From an uncultured Spirochaetota bacterium (GTDB lineage Bacteria; Spirochaetota; Brevinematia; Brevinematales; JAOACQ01): DNA of 64,000 nucleotides. The position numbers and the translations under genes were made by a program. The notes beneath the pieces are model-generated. The model saw nothing but the letters and a program-made list of their open reading frames with translations, ran no database searches and was not told the origin of the DNA. The stretch lies in assembly GCA_963783575.1 (NCBI GenBank), contig CAWAOD010000009.1:256001-320000 (forward strand), read 5' to 3'. Every line of letters starts with the position of its first letter. The first letter of the stretch is position 1. Positions 18,957 through 30,454 of the stretch are shown piece by piece.

Positions 18957-21311
18957 TTGAATTATTCATTTCATACTCTGGAATTCGATAAAGTAATACC
19001 GATTTTAGAAAAACATTTGAAAACTTATACGGGTAAAAAGAGCTTTAATACCATTAAACCTTTCACCGATCCTGAATCTTTAAGGGATGAACTTGAAACT
19101 GTTAAGCAAATGACTGAATATTTGAAATTTGACGGCAGTCTTTCTTTTGAGGAAACTGAAGAGATAGGAACTTCCCTAAAAAACGCCGGAATTGAAGGTT
19201 TTATTTTGGGGATTGACGAAATCCTGGAAATTAAAAAGACAATGGAAGTCTGGATTTCAAATTCGAATTCATTAAGAGCAATCTCAACGGCCGATCATAT
19301 AATAAAATACCCGAAGCTTTTGAATATGATCGAACTTGTTCCAATCCCAGCCGATCTTGTGAAGAGGCTTGGAAGAATAATTGACAACAACGGCAACATC
19401 TTTGACAACGCTTCGGAGGAATTAAAAAGGATAAGGAAAAGAAAATCCTCCGTCAGACAGGATATACAAAATAAGCTTAATACTGTCATGGACAGGGAAA
19501 ACATGAGGGGTGTGATCCGGGACAGGATCATTACGGTCCGCGACGGAAGGTTTGTCATACCGGTGCGTTCACAATTCAAAAACAAAGTACGTTCCGAATT
19601 GAATTATATTGTTCACTCATTTTCTGGAAGCGGCGAAACCAGTTATGTTGAACCGCAGGAAGTTCTTTACCTTAATAATGAACTTGTGGAAATAGATGAA
19701 CTTGAACTGATCGAGATTAGAAAAATACTAAGGGCGGTTACCTCAGAAATTGGGAATCAAGCCGCAGATATTAATATTCTATCGGAAGCCCTTGGAATTC
19801 TTGAATTTATCTATGCCCGCGCAAAATTCGCCGTTGAATTCAAGTGCGGTTTTCCGGAAATCATTGATGGACCTGCTTCTTTTAAATTAATTGATGCCTA
19901 TCACCCGCTTTTAGGAAAAATCGCAGTTCCTATCTCAATAGAAACCGGCTTTTCATATCAGGGCATAATTATCTCCGGACCCAATGCGGGGGGTAAAACC
20001 GTCGCATTAAAAACCGCCGGGCTTTTGCTGATGATGGTTCTTTGCGGTATACCTATCCCGGCCCACAGCGATTCTAAAATCGGAATCTTTACCGGCATTA
20101 TGGCAGAAATCGGCGATGAGCAAAGCATTTCCGAAAATCTTTCAAGTTTCTCCGGGCATATCAAAAATATCGCTTTAATTTTGAGCCAATGCGGAAGCGG
20201 TTCCCTTGTACTTATAGATGAACTTGCAAGTTCAACTGAGCCCAAGGAGGGTGAGGCGCTCGGAAGGGAAATCATCCGGTATCTGCTGGAAAAGGACGCG
20301 AAATTTATCATTACGACGCATTATCAGGGAATTAAAGAATTTGCATACAATGATAACCGGATAAGAAACGCTTTCGTTGAATTCGATGAGGAAAAGCTCA
20401 TTCCTCTTTATAAGCTTCATATGGGCGGCACCGGCAGCAGTTTCGCCCTCAAAGCGGCAATACAATACGGCCTGCCTGGCAGCGTAATCACCGGTGCTGA
20501 AGACTATTTAAACAGTAATTATTCCGATACCGATAAATTACTGAAAAACCTGGAACAGGAGAAAAATCTTTTATACAAACAAAAGGAGATCGTTGCGGAT
20601 CAGATCATGAAAGCAAGAACGATCAAGGATGAATACGATAAAATCCTCAAAGAGATCACCGAAGAGAAAAAAATTATGGACAGAAAAGGAGTGGGCCTTC
20701 TCAGGAAAGAGCTTGATGACGCTTTGAAAGAGCTTTCACAGCTAAAAAAAGAAATGCGGCAGAAAGGCGATAAGGACATCAAAAATATAGACAACAGGAT
20801 GGAGGATATCCGGGAAGTTTTAAAATCAGCCGAGGTAGAGATTTTAAAAGATGAAAAAAAACATCCACCTGAATTAAAAGCCGGCCAAACCGTTTATGTT
20901 GGAAGCCTCAGGAAAATGGGATATATTGAAGAATCAAGCGGTGATAAAGTGAAAGTCCGGTTGGGAATAATAAGCGCAATAGTCGATAAAGACGACCTTT
21001 ATCAGCCTAATGAGGAAACCGTCAGCCAAGAAAAGAAGACATACCGGACTTCCATAGAAATCAATGCCGCTCCTTTTCTGATAGATATTCGCGGTAAAAG
21101 CTATGAAGAAGCATTGAAAATCGTGGAGAAAAGCCTGGATTCAGCGGTAGCCGGAGGTATGCAGACAATGCATATAATTCATGGTAAGGGTGAAGGCATC
21201 TTAAGAAAAGCAGTCTGGGATTATCTGAAGCATCAGAATTTTGTAAAAAGCTATCAATTTGCCAGGCCGGAAGAAGGCGGGCAGGGAAAGACGATAGTGA
21301 TACTGAAGTAG
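18957..21311 (+). CDS. mutS2: Endonuclease MutS2
   Basis: LEFDKV start; SGPNAGGKT; GDEQSI; LIDE; TTHY; C-terminal Smr domain (IIHGKGEGILR..GGQG). Confidence 0.95.
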   Translation: MNYSFHTLEFDKVIPILEKHLKTYTGKKSFNTIKPFTDPESLRDELETVKQMTEYLKFDGSLSFEETEEIGTSLKNAGIEGFILGIDEILEIKKTMEVWISNSNSLRAISTADHIIKYPKLLNMIELVPIPADLVKRLGRIIDNNGNIFDNASEELKRIRKRKSSVRQDIQNKLNTVMDRENMRGVIRDRIITVRDGRFVIPVRSQFKNKVRSELNYIVHSFSGSGETSYVEPQEVLYLNNELVEIDELELIEIRKILRAVTSEIGNQAADINILSEALGILEFIYARAKFAVEFKCGFPEIIDGPASFKLIDAYHPLLGKIAVPISIETGFSYQGIIISGPNAGGKTVALKTAGLLLMMVLCGIPIPAHSDSKIGIFTGIMAEIGDEQSISENLSSFSGHIKNIALILSQCGSGSLVLIDELASSTEPKEGEALGREIIRYLLEKDAKFIITTHYQGIKEFAYNDNRIRNAFVEFDEEKLIPLYKLHMGGTGSSFALKAAIQYGLPGSVITGAEDYLNSNYSDTDKLLKNLEQEKNLLYKQKEIVADQIMKARTIKDEYDKILKEITEEKKIMDRKGVGLLRKELDDALKELSQLKKEMRQKGDKDIKNIDNRMEDIREVLKSAEVEILKDEKKHPPELKAGQTVYVGSLRKMGYIEESSGDKVKVRLGIISAIVDKDDLYQPNEETVSQEKKTYRTSIEINAAPFLIDIRGKSYEEALKIVEKSLDSAVAGGMQTMHIIHGKGEGILRKAVWDYLKHQNFVKSYQFARPEEGGQGKTIVILK

Positions 21312-21419
21312 ATCTAAGGATTGACCTTTGGAAGAATCTGCGAGTGTAAAATCAAAATCGAAGATTAATGCTTTTCAAATTTCTTATATCCAATAAATGT
21401 CATAAATTTCTAAACTCTT

Positions 21420-22211
21420 TCATATCATCTTTGCCATTAAAGCTATCACATGAGCGGCCGGTATAAGAAGGAAAATCGAAATAAATGAGCCCATAATTCT
21501 TGTAACGACCATTCCTACAACATTTGTCCGGTATAGGGATTCACTGCATTTCCCAAGAACAACATCGTCAGTCATTGCGGAAAGGTAGGGATCTATGAAA
21601 ATCGTCATTAAAACGGTGGCAAATCCGTTAATAATCGCGGACAGGGTTATACAGGTGGCTCTGAGGCTCGGCTCTATGCTTCCCGCATAAATCGGTGCAA
21701 GCGTACCGACGGTCAGGAGGGCGACTGTGATAATATTAAAGAAAAGAATATTGAAAGAGATGTTTTTAAGGTTCAGTTTTGTTATATTTTCTTTAACAGG
21801 TAGGGTTATGCTGCCGATTACATTTTTTATACCGTTTTTGGAAAAGATATGGAGAAGAAGTTTCCCCATCGATCTGTCTACTGAAAAAGAAGAAACCATC
21901 TTTGTAAAAATCCTCTGGAAAGTCGGGATCAAAAAAGCTCCTAAAATTGTTGCAGCAAATGTACTGAGAAGTATTAAAATAAAGATATTATATAAATCGC
22001 CTGATTTTGGGTTTTTTTCGACGAATTTCGTAAGAAGCGGAAGCTGGAACGTTATTGATGTCCTTGAAATAAGGATCAATATATTGAAAAGCGAATATGA
22101 TACTGCAATTTTACCTGTACGAATGCCGACAATCCTTACGGCATAAGCAAGTGTTCCGATCACGGCAATAATCATATTAAGACTTATAACAATAATAATT
22201 TGCATATGCAT
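21420..22211 (-). CDS. amj: Lipid II flippase Amj / DUF2837 family
   Basis: TLAYAVRIVGIRTGKIAVS.SLFN..SRT; LSAIINGFAT..FIDP. Confidence 0.85.
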   Translation of the reverse strand: MHMQIIIVISLNMIIAVIGTLAYAVRIVGIRTGKIAVSYSLFNILILISRTSITFQLPLLTKFVEKNPKSGDLYNIFILILLSTFAATILGAFLIPTFQRIFTKMVSSFSVDRSMGKLLLHIFSKNGIKNVIGSITLPVKENITKLNLKNISFNILFFNIITVALLTVGTLAPIYAGSIEPSLRATCITLSAIINGFATVLMTIFIDPYLSAMTDDVVLGKCSESLYRTNVVGMVVTRIMGSFISIFLLIPAAHVIALMAKMI

Positions 22212-22448
22212 TTTAAATATCTCCTGAAAAAGTTTCAGTTCTCAATAAAGATTACTATGGTACATGGTTTAACTAATCATTTTATAAGACAGGTTCAAAT
22301 AAGTCAAAGCATCTTTAATTTTACAAATTTATACTTTTTATCGGCATCTTGCTATTTTTATTCCTTGCCGTTACAATAATTGTTTGAATATTGAGTCTGA
22401 TGCCGCCGGGAAATTATAGCGGCAAAGGGCTGCATTTCAGAGGATGAA

Positions 22449-24167
22449 ATGGCAGTTTATCGGAGAGTATTATCATATGCTCTCAAGTATAAGTTTTTGG
22501 TAATTTTTTGCGTAATATTTGCAGTTGTATCGGCACTCAGTAAAGTAGGTACTACTCTGGCCGGAACCAGCTTCTTCTCAGATAACTTCATCGATAAGAA
22601 CATTGAAAACATAAAAATTCAGTCCATTCTTCTTTTAATCGGAGGAGTTTTTCTATGGGCTTCCTCTCACTACTTTATTTTTATATGTTCCAATACGCTT
22701 TCTTCAAGCGTGATGCATGATATAAGAAAGGATATTTTTGAAAAACTGGTTGATCTGCCGATTTCTTATTATAAAAAGAACAGGACCGGTGAAATTCTTT
22801 CGCGTCTTCTCAACGATATGGGAATAATAGAGATATTTTTCATGAATATCGCCGTGGAACTTTTGCAGCAGCCTATGATTATTATTATGGTAGTTTCGGT
22901 AATGCTCGCGAAAAACACGAGAATATCCCTGTATTTATTCTCAATAGTCCCCGTGATAGGACTTGTCCTATGGGGGATAGGTTCGCTGGTCCAGCGGCTG
23001 AGCATGAGCGTACAAAAAAATATTTCCTCGATCACGTCCAATATCCAGGAGTCGATTTATGGGATCGAGGTAATAAAGGGTTATGGGGTGGAATCATCCA
23101 TAAAGGAGAAGTTTTCGAGAACTAATGATATTTATCTAAAATCCAGTAAAAGAGAAATAAAGATACGTTTCCTGGGAACCCCTTCTTCCGAATTCCTTGG
23201 GAGTATGGCTGTTATATTGATTCTTGTTCTTGGGGCGGTGAGTGTGCAAAGGCATGTCGCCACTTCAAGTGAAATCCTGAGTTTTATAGCATTATCTCTT
23301 CTTCTTGCCGAACCTCTCAGCCGTACCAGTGATATTTTTATGATCTTAAAAAAATTAAGCTCTGCCGCGCATAGAATTTTTGAGATCATTGACTATGAGG
23401 AAAGAGAGGATGTTTCCAGGCCCGGGATCGGCAAAATACAGGGCGGCATAGAATTTAAAAACGTCAGTTTTGAATACGATACCGGAATGTCAACACTCCG
23501 GGATATCAGCCTCAGCATAAAACCCGGCGAAACTGTAGCGATTGTCGGCCATAGCGGGGCGGGAAAATCATCGTTAATATCATTGATTCCGGCTTTTTAT
23601 AAATGCACAAAAGGCACTGTTTTGATTGATGGCCTGGATATTAATCTTTATAACCCTGTTTCAATAAGAAAACAGATCGGGCTTGTTACCCAGGATAATA
23701 TTCTATTTTCCGGATCAATAATGGAAAATATCAAATTATCAAAGCCCGGCGCCAGTGAGGATGAAGTTGTAGAAGCTGCGGAGCTGGCTTTTGCCCATTC
23801 TTTTGTTACAAAATTGCCTGAAGGCTACAATACCATGCTGGGAGACCGCGGCGTCAGGCTTTCCGGCGGAGAAAAACAGAGGATAGCTCTTGCGAGAGCT
23901 TTATTAAGAAAACCGGGCATTCTGATACTGGATGAAGCAACAAGTTCGCTTGATGCCGAATCCGAAAACCTAATTCAAAAAGCTATGAAACGTATTTTAG
24001 GCAGACAAACCACAATCATTGTTACGCATAAACTGGCCACTATATCGGATGCGGACAGTATTATCGTAATGGAAGAAGGAAAAATTATCGAGACGGGAAA
24101 TCATAGGGAATTGATTGATAACGGCGGGATATATAAAAGGCTGATAGGCCTGCAGATAAATGTCTGA
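22449..24167 (+). CDS. ABC transporter, fused permease/ATPase (MsbA-like)
   Basis: TM domain; GHSGAGKS; LSGGEKQR; ILDEATS. Confidence 0.93.
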   Translation: MAVYRRVLSYALKYKFLVIFCVIFAVVSALSKVGTTLAGTSFFSDNFIDKNIENIKIQSILLLIGGVFLWASSHYFIFICSNTLSSSVMHDIRKDIFEKLVDLPISYYKKNRTGEILSRLLNDMGIIEIFFMNIAVELLQQPMIIIMVVSVMLAKNTRISLYLFSIVPVIGLVLWGIGSLVQRLSMSVQKNISSITSNIQESIYGIEVIKGYGVESSIKEKFSRTNDIYLKSSKREIKIRFLGTPSSEFLGSMAVILILVLGAVSVQRHVATSSEILSFIALSLLLAEPLSRTSDIFMILKKLSSAAHRIFEIIDYEEREDVSRPGIGKIQGGIEFKNVSFEYDTGMSTLRDISLSIKPGETVAIVGHSGAGKSSLISLIPAFYKCTKGTVLIDGLDINLYNPVSIRKQIGLVTQDNILFSGSIMENIKLSKPGASEDEVVEAAELAFAHSFVTKLPEGYNTMLGDRGVRLSGGEKQRIALARALLRKPGILILDEATSSLDAESENLIQKAMKRILGRQTTIIVTHKLATISDADSIIVMEEGKIIETGNHRELIDNGGIYKRLIGLQINV

Positions 24168-24275
24168 GATGCAGATTCCGGTTCAGCCTGGACTAAAATA
24201 AGAAATTTATATATATTTAACATAATTATGTTATATTAAAAGTTAAAAAAACGTTTTAATCTATGAGGTTTATTA

Positions 24276-26285
24276 ATGACATTTATTTATAGAAGTTTAA
24301 GGTTTATTATTTTCCTTATTTTTACACTTCTTTTCCTGTCCTGTGACGACTTTTTATTAAAAAAGACTGTAAATGTGCAATACCTTGAAGGCGAGATAAA
24401 TTATGATCCCTCAACCGCCTCTATTTCGGGCAGGCTGGCCTATGATATACAAAACAATCAAACCGTTACTCTCCATGAGATTTATTTCATTTCACACAAT
24501 CTTGTTTCACTGGATTATGTAACTTATAACGGTGATGTTATGCGATTCGAACAGGGGCTGGGTTACGGAAGCGGAATTTACAGGATAAGGATACCGCAGC
24601 TGAAAAGCGGGGAGAAAGCGAGGGTGGAATTAAAATTCCGCCTTGAAGGACCTGTGGAAGAAGACCGTTTTTTACTCACGAAAGATAATGTATTTATCGA
24701 TGCTGAAAAAATATGGCTACCGGTGCCTTTCGCGCAGAAGCCTGAATTTTTGTACTCGATAAAGATAAAAACACCGGAGGATTATTATGCGGTAATCGGC
24801 GCAAGGATAAAGGAAGAAACCGTTAAAAACGGGAAGAGAGTAAGCTCCTGGGAAAGTGAAACCCCGAATGTGCTTTTAACCGGAAATATTTTTATCAGTA
24901 AATTCAACCGTCAGAAAGAAGGCAATATCTACTTATATTCCGTAACTACCAATTATTCCGATGTTATTTTTAAATATTCGGCAAAGGTATTGGACACTTT
25001 ATCCAATTTTCTCGGCCCGTATGCTCTAAGCCAGCTCCATATAGTAAATGAAATGTTCCAGTATAATGATATGGAGGAATTCATCGACGGGGAGGCAATG
25101 GCGAATATAATAGAAATATCTCCGGATTTGACAGCTAATGATTTATTGAATGAAAATACCGTTAGCTCATCTTTAAGTCCTGATATTCCTAGAAAGAGTG
25201 TCTGGAAAATATTCGAAACTCTTGCTCATGAGATGAGTCATACCTATATTCGGGGTATTCTTAAATTTGATGATGACAGTTATCTTGAATCGGAATCCAT
25301 GACCGAATTTATGGGACTTGATATAATTTCTCAGGATGATAAAAATATCTATAACAAGTTCATTCAAAGAAACCGGATTGAACTAATCAATCTAGACCTT
25401 GCAAAAGATTCACATATCGATCAAATAAAATATATTTACGGAATAAATTGTCTTTCAGCTGCTTTTTATTCTAGTGAAGAATTATTTTTCACATTTCTCA
25501 AAACGCTGATTGAAAAATACAAATATACAGACATAAAAGTTGACGAATTGATTCTTACCGCCCAGGAAATGAATGATGCGGCTTTAAAAAAAATCAATTC
25601 AGAATCAACCAATTCAAATGAAAATATAATTGACTACGAAGCGCTCAAACTTTGGAGTAAATACGAACTTTACAATCTTGCTCTTTCCAATACAATTATA
25701 CAGATAACAAATATCCAGATAATAAATATCCATAAGAAAAAAACAATTATAGAAGACAAAATCCTCTGCTTTTTAAATAATGATTTTCCGATAAACATTG
25801 ATGTAACAATGTATGAGAATTTTTCAAGCAATACCGTAACGAACATAATAAGCATGACTAAAAACTCCGAGACTAATTTTATCTTCGATAAGGATTTGAA
25901 ATCGGTTGAAATCACATCTCATTATGATATGCTTGAAAAAAATCTTTCCGATAACCGTATTGACTTTGAAAAAAATAATTCCAATGAAATCATTGAAGAC
26001 ATAAACAATTTCTATAACGGTCAGAAAACCGGTAAGGCTGTAATTTTCGATAAGTCCGCCGCCAATCAGCAGGGCTGGAGGAACCTTTATGATGATAGGG
26101 AAGCAAGCCTTTTAATAAAAACAAATATCAGCTTCCGGTTTGATAAAGTAAGGGAAAATGATGATGAAATTTATCTTCAGGCATATAAAATGTTGGATGG
26201 AAAACCTTTTTCGTACGTGGTATTCAAAGGCAGGAAACTTAAGGATAAATGTAATATGATCGCCGTTATTGACCCGGTTTTATAA
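24276..26285 (+). CDS. Lipoprotein, M1/gluzincin-like metallopeptidase
   Basis: Lipobox FLSC; LAHEMSH (HExxH) with downstream Glu (YLESESMTEF). Confidence 0.65.
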   Translation: MTFIYRSLRFIIFLIFTLLFLSCDDFLLKKTVNVQYLEGEINYDPSTASISGRLAYDIQNNQTVTLHEIYFISHNLVSLDYVTYNGDVMRFEQGLGYGSGIYRIRIPQLKSGEKARVELKFRLEGPVEEDRFLLTKDNVFIDAEKIWLPVPFAQKPEFLYSIKIKTPEDYYAVIGARIKEETVKNGKRVSSWESETPNVLLTGNIFISKFNRQKEGNIYLYSVTTNYSDVIFKYSAKVLDTLSNFLGPYALSQLHIVNEMFQYNDMEEFIDGEAMANIIEISPDLTANDLLNENTVSSSLSPDIPRKSVWKIFETLAHEMSHTYIRGILKFDDDSYLESESMTEFMGLDIISQDDKNIYNKFIQRNRIELINLDLAKDSHIDQIKYIYGINCLSAAFYSSEELFFTFLKTLIEKYKYTDIKVDELILTAQEMNDAALKKINSESTNSNENIIDYEALKLWSKYELYNLALSNTIIQITNIQIINIHKKKTIIEDKILCFLNNDFPINIDVTMYENFSSNTVTNIISMTKNSETNFIFDKDLKSVEITSHYDMLEKNLSDNRIDFEKNNSNEIIEDINNFYNGQKTGKAVIFDKSAANQQGWRNLYDDREASLLIKTNISFRFDKVRENDDEIYLQAYKMLDGKPFSYVVFKGRKLKDKCNMIAVIDPVL

Positions 26286-26303
26286 GGTTTTACAGATATA
26301 ATT

Positions 26304-27302
26304 ATGGAATTAAAAATAAATAGTTCCGAAAGCGGCCAGAAGTTATTAAAATATCTTCTGCGGAAAACAGACGGTTCAAAAGTTTTTCTTTATAAAATGT
26401 TTAGAAAGAGGAATGTCAAAGTTAATGGTTTGGCAGCCGATCAAAATTATTTGACCAAATCCGGTGATATTGTATACATGCCGGGAGTCCGGGAAAATAT
26501 CAATAATAATAAATTCAGGAATGTGGAACCGGATATTATGGTTTTATACCTGGATGAGAATTTGGCCGCTATTGATAAAGATGAAGATACATTAGTACAT
26601 GGAGCAAAAGGCATCCAATACCGGGATACGCTTGTTGAAAAACTGAAATCATATCTTTATTATAATAAAGAACCTTATGATTTTGTAATTCCTCTTCACC
26701 GGATAGACCGGAATACAAGAGGTGTTGTTTTATTTGCACGGAATTTCGAGACCTCAAAAAAATACTCGCAGCTTTTCAAAGAGGGAAAGATTACAAAAAT
26801 ATATCATGTTTTATTAAACGGCATACTTGAAAAGACTTTATTTATTGAAGCGGATATAATCCGTTTCGGTAATGAAGAGGATGAATACAACAAAGTTGAG
26901 GTTAAAAATCTTTCGATTTCCGAAAAGATCCCTTCTAAAAAGGAATGGCTGGAAATGAAATACAGCAAATCAAAAAGTATATCGGCTACCCTTATCCGGC
27001 CTGTTTCTTTTGCCACCGGCAGGACAAAAGCCGAGGTCACAATCTGGACCGGAAGACATCATCAGATAAGGGCAATTTGCGAGGCAATAGGCTTTCCAGT
27101 AGCGGGTGATAAAAAATACTGCGCAAGAAAGCAATACCAGGGATTAAAAAATAAAATCCCCCATAGCAAAATTAAGGGTAATTTATCCGCGCCGGTTATT
27201 GAACCGAAAAGCCAGGCGCTTATATGTAAAAAAATGATTATTGAAGAAATTGGCTTGACGATTGAGAGTAGACAATCTCTGGACAATTTATTATTATTTT
27301 AG
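26304..27302 (+). CDS. RluA-family pseudouridine synthase with S4 domain
   Basis: S4-like N-terminus; LHRIDRNTRG; TGRHHQIR; GDKKY. Confidence 0.9.
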   Translation: MELKINSSESGQKLLKYLLRKTDGSKVFLYKMFRKRNVKVNGLAADQNYLTKSGDIVYMPGVRENINNNKFRNVEPDIMVLYLDENLAAIDKDEDTLVHGAKGIQYRDTLVEKLKSYLYYNKEPYDFVIPLHRIDRNTRGVVLFARNFETSKKYSQLFKEGKITKIYHVLLNGILEKTLFIEADIIRFGNEEDEYNKVEVKNLSISEKIPSKKEWLEMKYSKSKSISATLIRPVSFATGRTKAEVTIWTGRHHQIRAICEAIGFPVAGDKKYCARKQYQGLKNKIPHSKIKGNLSAPVIEPKSQALICKKMIIEEIGLTIESRQSLDNLLLF

Positions 27303-27414
27303 CAAGCGTGAAGCTTGGCCCTTATTAATAATCGATTATATATGTTAATAATATTAATTAAAAACTATGGAAGCAACATCATGTTGCTGAATTTATTAAT
27401 TTTGAGGTAATTAG

Positions 27415-28997
27415 ATGGAAATCAAAACATTCGAGGAAATGGGGCTTTCGGTAAAAACTCTGAAAGCGATTGAAGAAATGGGCTATATTGAGCCTTCACC
27501 GATTCAAAGCATGGCTATTCCTGTAATAATGAAGGGGAAGGATGTTATTGGACAGGCGCAGACCGGGACCGGAAAGACCGCCGCGTTCGGTATACCGATA
27601 CTGGAAATGATGGATTATAAATCAAACGAGATTCAGGCCGTTGTGATGACCCCGACAAGGGAACTTGCCATCCAGGTCGCGGAAGAGATCAACAAGATCG
27701 CGAAGCATCACAAGGGCATAAATATAGTGCCGATTTACGGCGGGCAGGCGATAGACCGGCAGATAAGGGCTTTAAGACAGGGAGTTCAGGTGGTTATCGG
27801 TACCCCGGGAAGAATGCTCGACCATCTTAACCGCGGCACAATGCGCCTTGATTCCGTAAAATTTACGGTACTGGATGAAGCTGATGAAATGCTTGATATG
27901 GGGTTCCTTGATGATATGAAAGAGATCCTGAGCAGAATCAGCAATCCCGACAGGCAGGTTGTTATGTTTTCGGCCACAATGCCTTCGGAAATTCTTCAGC
28001 TCGCAAAAAAATTCCAGAAAGATCCTGAGCTTATCAAGATCGTGCATAAGGAACTGACGGTCCCGATGGTAAAGCAGTATTATTATGAGGTAAGGGAGCA
28101 TGACAAACCTGAAATACTTACCCGGCTTATAGATTTTTATGATCCGGGGCTCGCCATCGTTTTTGTAAAAACCAAACTTGGCGCCGAGGATTTGAAGGAA
28201 AAGATACACGCCGCAGGATATTCCGTCGAAGGCCTGCATGGCGATATGAAGCAGACCCAGAGGGATTTTGTAATGAAAAGATTCAGGAAGCGTGATTTTG
28301 AAATCCTGATTGCGACAGATGTCGCGGCAAGGGGAATTGATGTTGACGATATCGATATAGTCTTCAATTACGACCTCCCGCAGGATGAGGAATACTACGT
28401 TCACCGTATCGGAAGAACGGCCAGGGCAGGCAAAGACGGCCTTGCGATAAGTTTTGTCAGTATGAAGGAATTCAGGAAGCTTAAAGATATAGAACGCTTT
28501 ATAAAAACCAGGATTGAAAGGAAAAGCATACCGACGCTTAAGGATGTGGAGCATATGCGCAATCAGTCCTTTATTTCCTCGGTTAAAGAAAGCATAGATA
28601 CAGGGAGCCTTGACAAATATATCACGATGATCTCTGATATGCTGGGGGATTACACATCAATTGAAGTCGCCGCGGCTCTAATGAAAATGATGACGGAAAA
28701 GAAAACAAGCGATTCCGGTTCAAGTGAGGAATTATTTGAGGCGACGGACGATGAATTTGTCCGTTTTTCATGACAATCGGCAAGAAGGACGGAATCGGCA
28801 TAAAAGAACTCATCAGTTTCATATATGAAACATCGGGAATCCAGGGGCGGGATATCGGCGATATTACATTCCTTGAAAAATTCTCGTTTGTCAATATTCC
28901 GTCTGTTTCTGCCGCGGATTTCTTGGAATCGGTCGGCAAATCAAAATTTAAAGGCAGGAAGATCCATGTTGAAGTTGCCAATAAAAGAATGAATTGA
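27415..28997 (+). CDS. deaD: DEAD-box RNA helicase with C-terminal DbpA RNA-binding domain; split by a 1-nt frameshift near 28765
   Basis: AQTGTGKT, PTRELA, DEAD, SAT, HRIGRTAR; ORF 28770..28997 encodes the DbpA domain; one extra T in cgtttttcatg fuses the two ORFs. Confidence 0.9.
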
Positions 28998-29007
28998 GGA
29001 AACTATT

Positions 29008-29436
29008 GTGGGAAAGATTGAAATCAGGCTTGAAGCGGTTATTATTAATTCTGAGAATAAACTCCTGCTTGCCCTGCACTTAAAAAACGGGAAAAGCTAC
29101 TGGGTTTTACCGGGCGGGCATCTTAAATTCGGCGAAAAGCTTGAAGACGGATTAAAAAGGGAGTTATCGGAAGAATTGGGTTTAACCTCGGTTCGTATTA
29201 ACGAACTTTTATTCCTGGATGAATTTATCGATTCCGAAGATAAAAGACATATCGTAAAAGCGGGATTCCAGACGGAAATCCCCTCTATAAAAAAAGAGGA
29301 ACTTATCGTTACTACTGAACAGGAATCGATCAAAGCAGCCAGGTTTTTTTCAAGCCAGGAAATAACCGATTCAAAGGATATGTTTTACCCTTCCAGGGAA
29401 TTTTTTATAAATCTTCTGGAAAATCGTAATGGATAA
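29008..29436 (+). CDS. NUDIX hydrolase
   Basis: WVLPGGHLKFGEKLEDGLKRELSEELGL Nudix box. Confidence 0.9.
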   Translation: MGKIEIRLEAVIINSENKLLLALHLKNGKSYWVLPGGHLKFGEKLEDGLKRELSEELGLTSVRINELLFLDEFIDSEDKRHIVKAGFQTEIPSIKKEELIVTTEQESIKAARFFSSQEITDSKDMFYPSREFFINLLENRNG

Positions 29437-30265
29437 ACTTAATTTCCTAACAGCCGGGATTCCGCATTCTGCAAAACCGAAAAAGAATATTGAAAACGGT
29501 TTGAAGAGAATAAAAGAACTCGGCCTTGACGGCATGGAGATTGAATATGTCCAGGGAGTCATAGCCGATTTTCCAAAAATGCGCAAAATCGGAGAATCCG
29601 CAAAAGAAATGGGACTTGTTTTAACGGCTCATGCCCCTTATTACATCAATCTTTATGCCCGCGAGAGGTATAAGGTCGATAAAAGTTACAGCTATATCCT
29701 TGATACGGCGCGCGTTCTTGACTGCGCGAACGGATACAGCGTTGTTTTTCATGCGGCGTATTATCTGGGTACAAAACCCCAGGAGGTTTACCAGACGGTA
29801 AAGGAACATCTTGTCCATATTTCTTCGTTCGCAGAAAAGGAGGCCTTAAAGGTCTGGATCAGGCCCGAATTAATGGGTAAAACATCCCAGTTCGGCACGC
29901 TTGAGGAAATCCTCAAGCTCTCGGAAGAAATCGGCGGCAGGATTCTTCCCTGCATAGATTTTGCCCACCTGCATGCCAGGACGGACGGCCATTACAACAC
30001 TTATGAGGAATTTATGGAAGTGTTTGAGGAAATTGAAAATAAACTGGGCGAAAAAGCGGTTAAAAATATGCACATACATTATTCTGGAATAAAATACTCA
30101 TCCAGAGGGGAACAAAAGCATACGATCCTTCGCCAGAGCGATATGCGGATGAGGGAGTTTTTGAAAGCCCTCAAAGATTACAATATATACGGCGTTCTTG
30201 TCTGTGAAAGCCCCAACATCGAAGGCGACGCGCTGCTTTTGAAGAAAATCTACCATTCAATGTAA
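29429..30265 (+). CDS. nfo: Endonuclease IV-like protein (AP endonuclease family 2)
   Basis: HAPYYINL, FHAAYY, PELMGK, CIDFAH, HIHYSG, CESP. Confidence 0.85.
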   Translation: MDKLNFLTAGIPHSAKPKKNIENGLKRIKELGLDGMEIEYVQGVIADFPKMRKIGESAKEMGLVLTAHAPYYINLYARERYKVDKSYSYILDTARVLDCANGYSVVFHAAYYLGTKPQEVYQTVKEHLVHISSFAEKEALKVWIRPELMGKTSQFGTLEEILKLSEEIGGRILPCIDFAHLHARTDGHYNTYEEFMEVFEEIENKLGEKAVKNMHIHYSGIKYSSRGEQKHTILRQSDMRMREFLKALKDYNIYGVLVCESPNIEGDALLLKKIYHSM

Positions 30266-30449
30266 CATCGTGTTACTTGGCGAACGGGGTTCGCCACTAT
30301 CTTATGGTAAAATATAGAATAACATGGAGCATCCCTTCGGCAATGCTTCGGCAGGCTCAGTGCAGCGGCTCAGGGCGGGCTCTTGCTTCCAATGTTACTT
30401 GGCGAACGAGGTTCGCCAAATTAATTAAATGGCAGGGCTGCCCTGCCAT
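30262..30449. repeat. Cluster of REP-like palindromes between convergent genes
   Basis: tgttacttggcgaacg(g/a)ggttcgcca at 30271-30296 and 30393-30418; nested ccttcgg..ctcagggcgggct; atggcagggc-t-gccctgccat at 30429-30449. Confidence 0.8.
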
Positions 30450-30454
30450 TTCTT

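Noticed and set aside
27772..28554. 260-aa antisense ORF, and the many other short overlapping ORFs in the track
   Set aside because: Shadow ORFs of conserved genes, with no recognisable motifs
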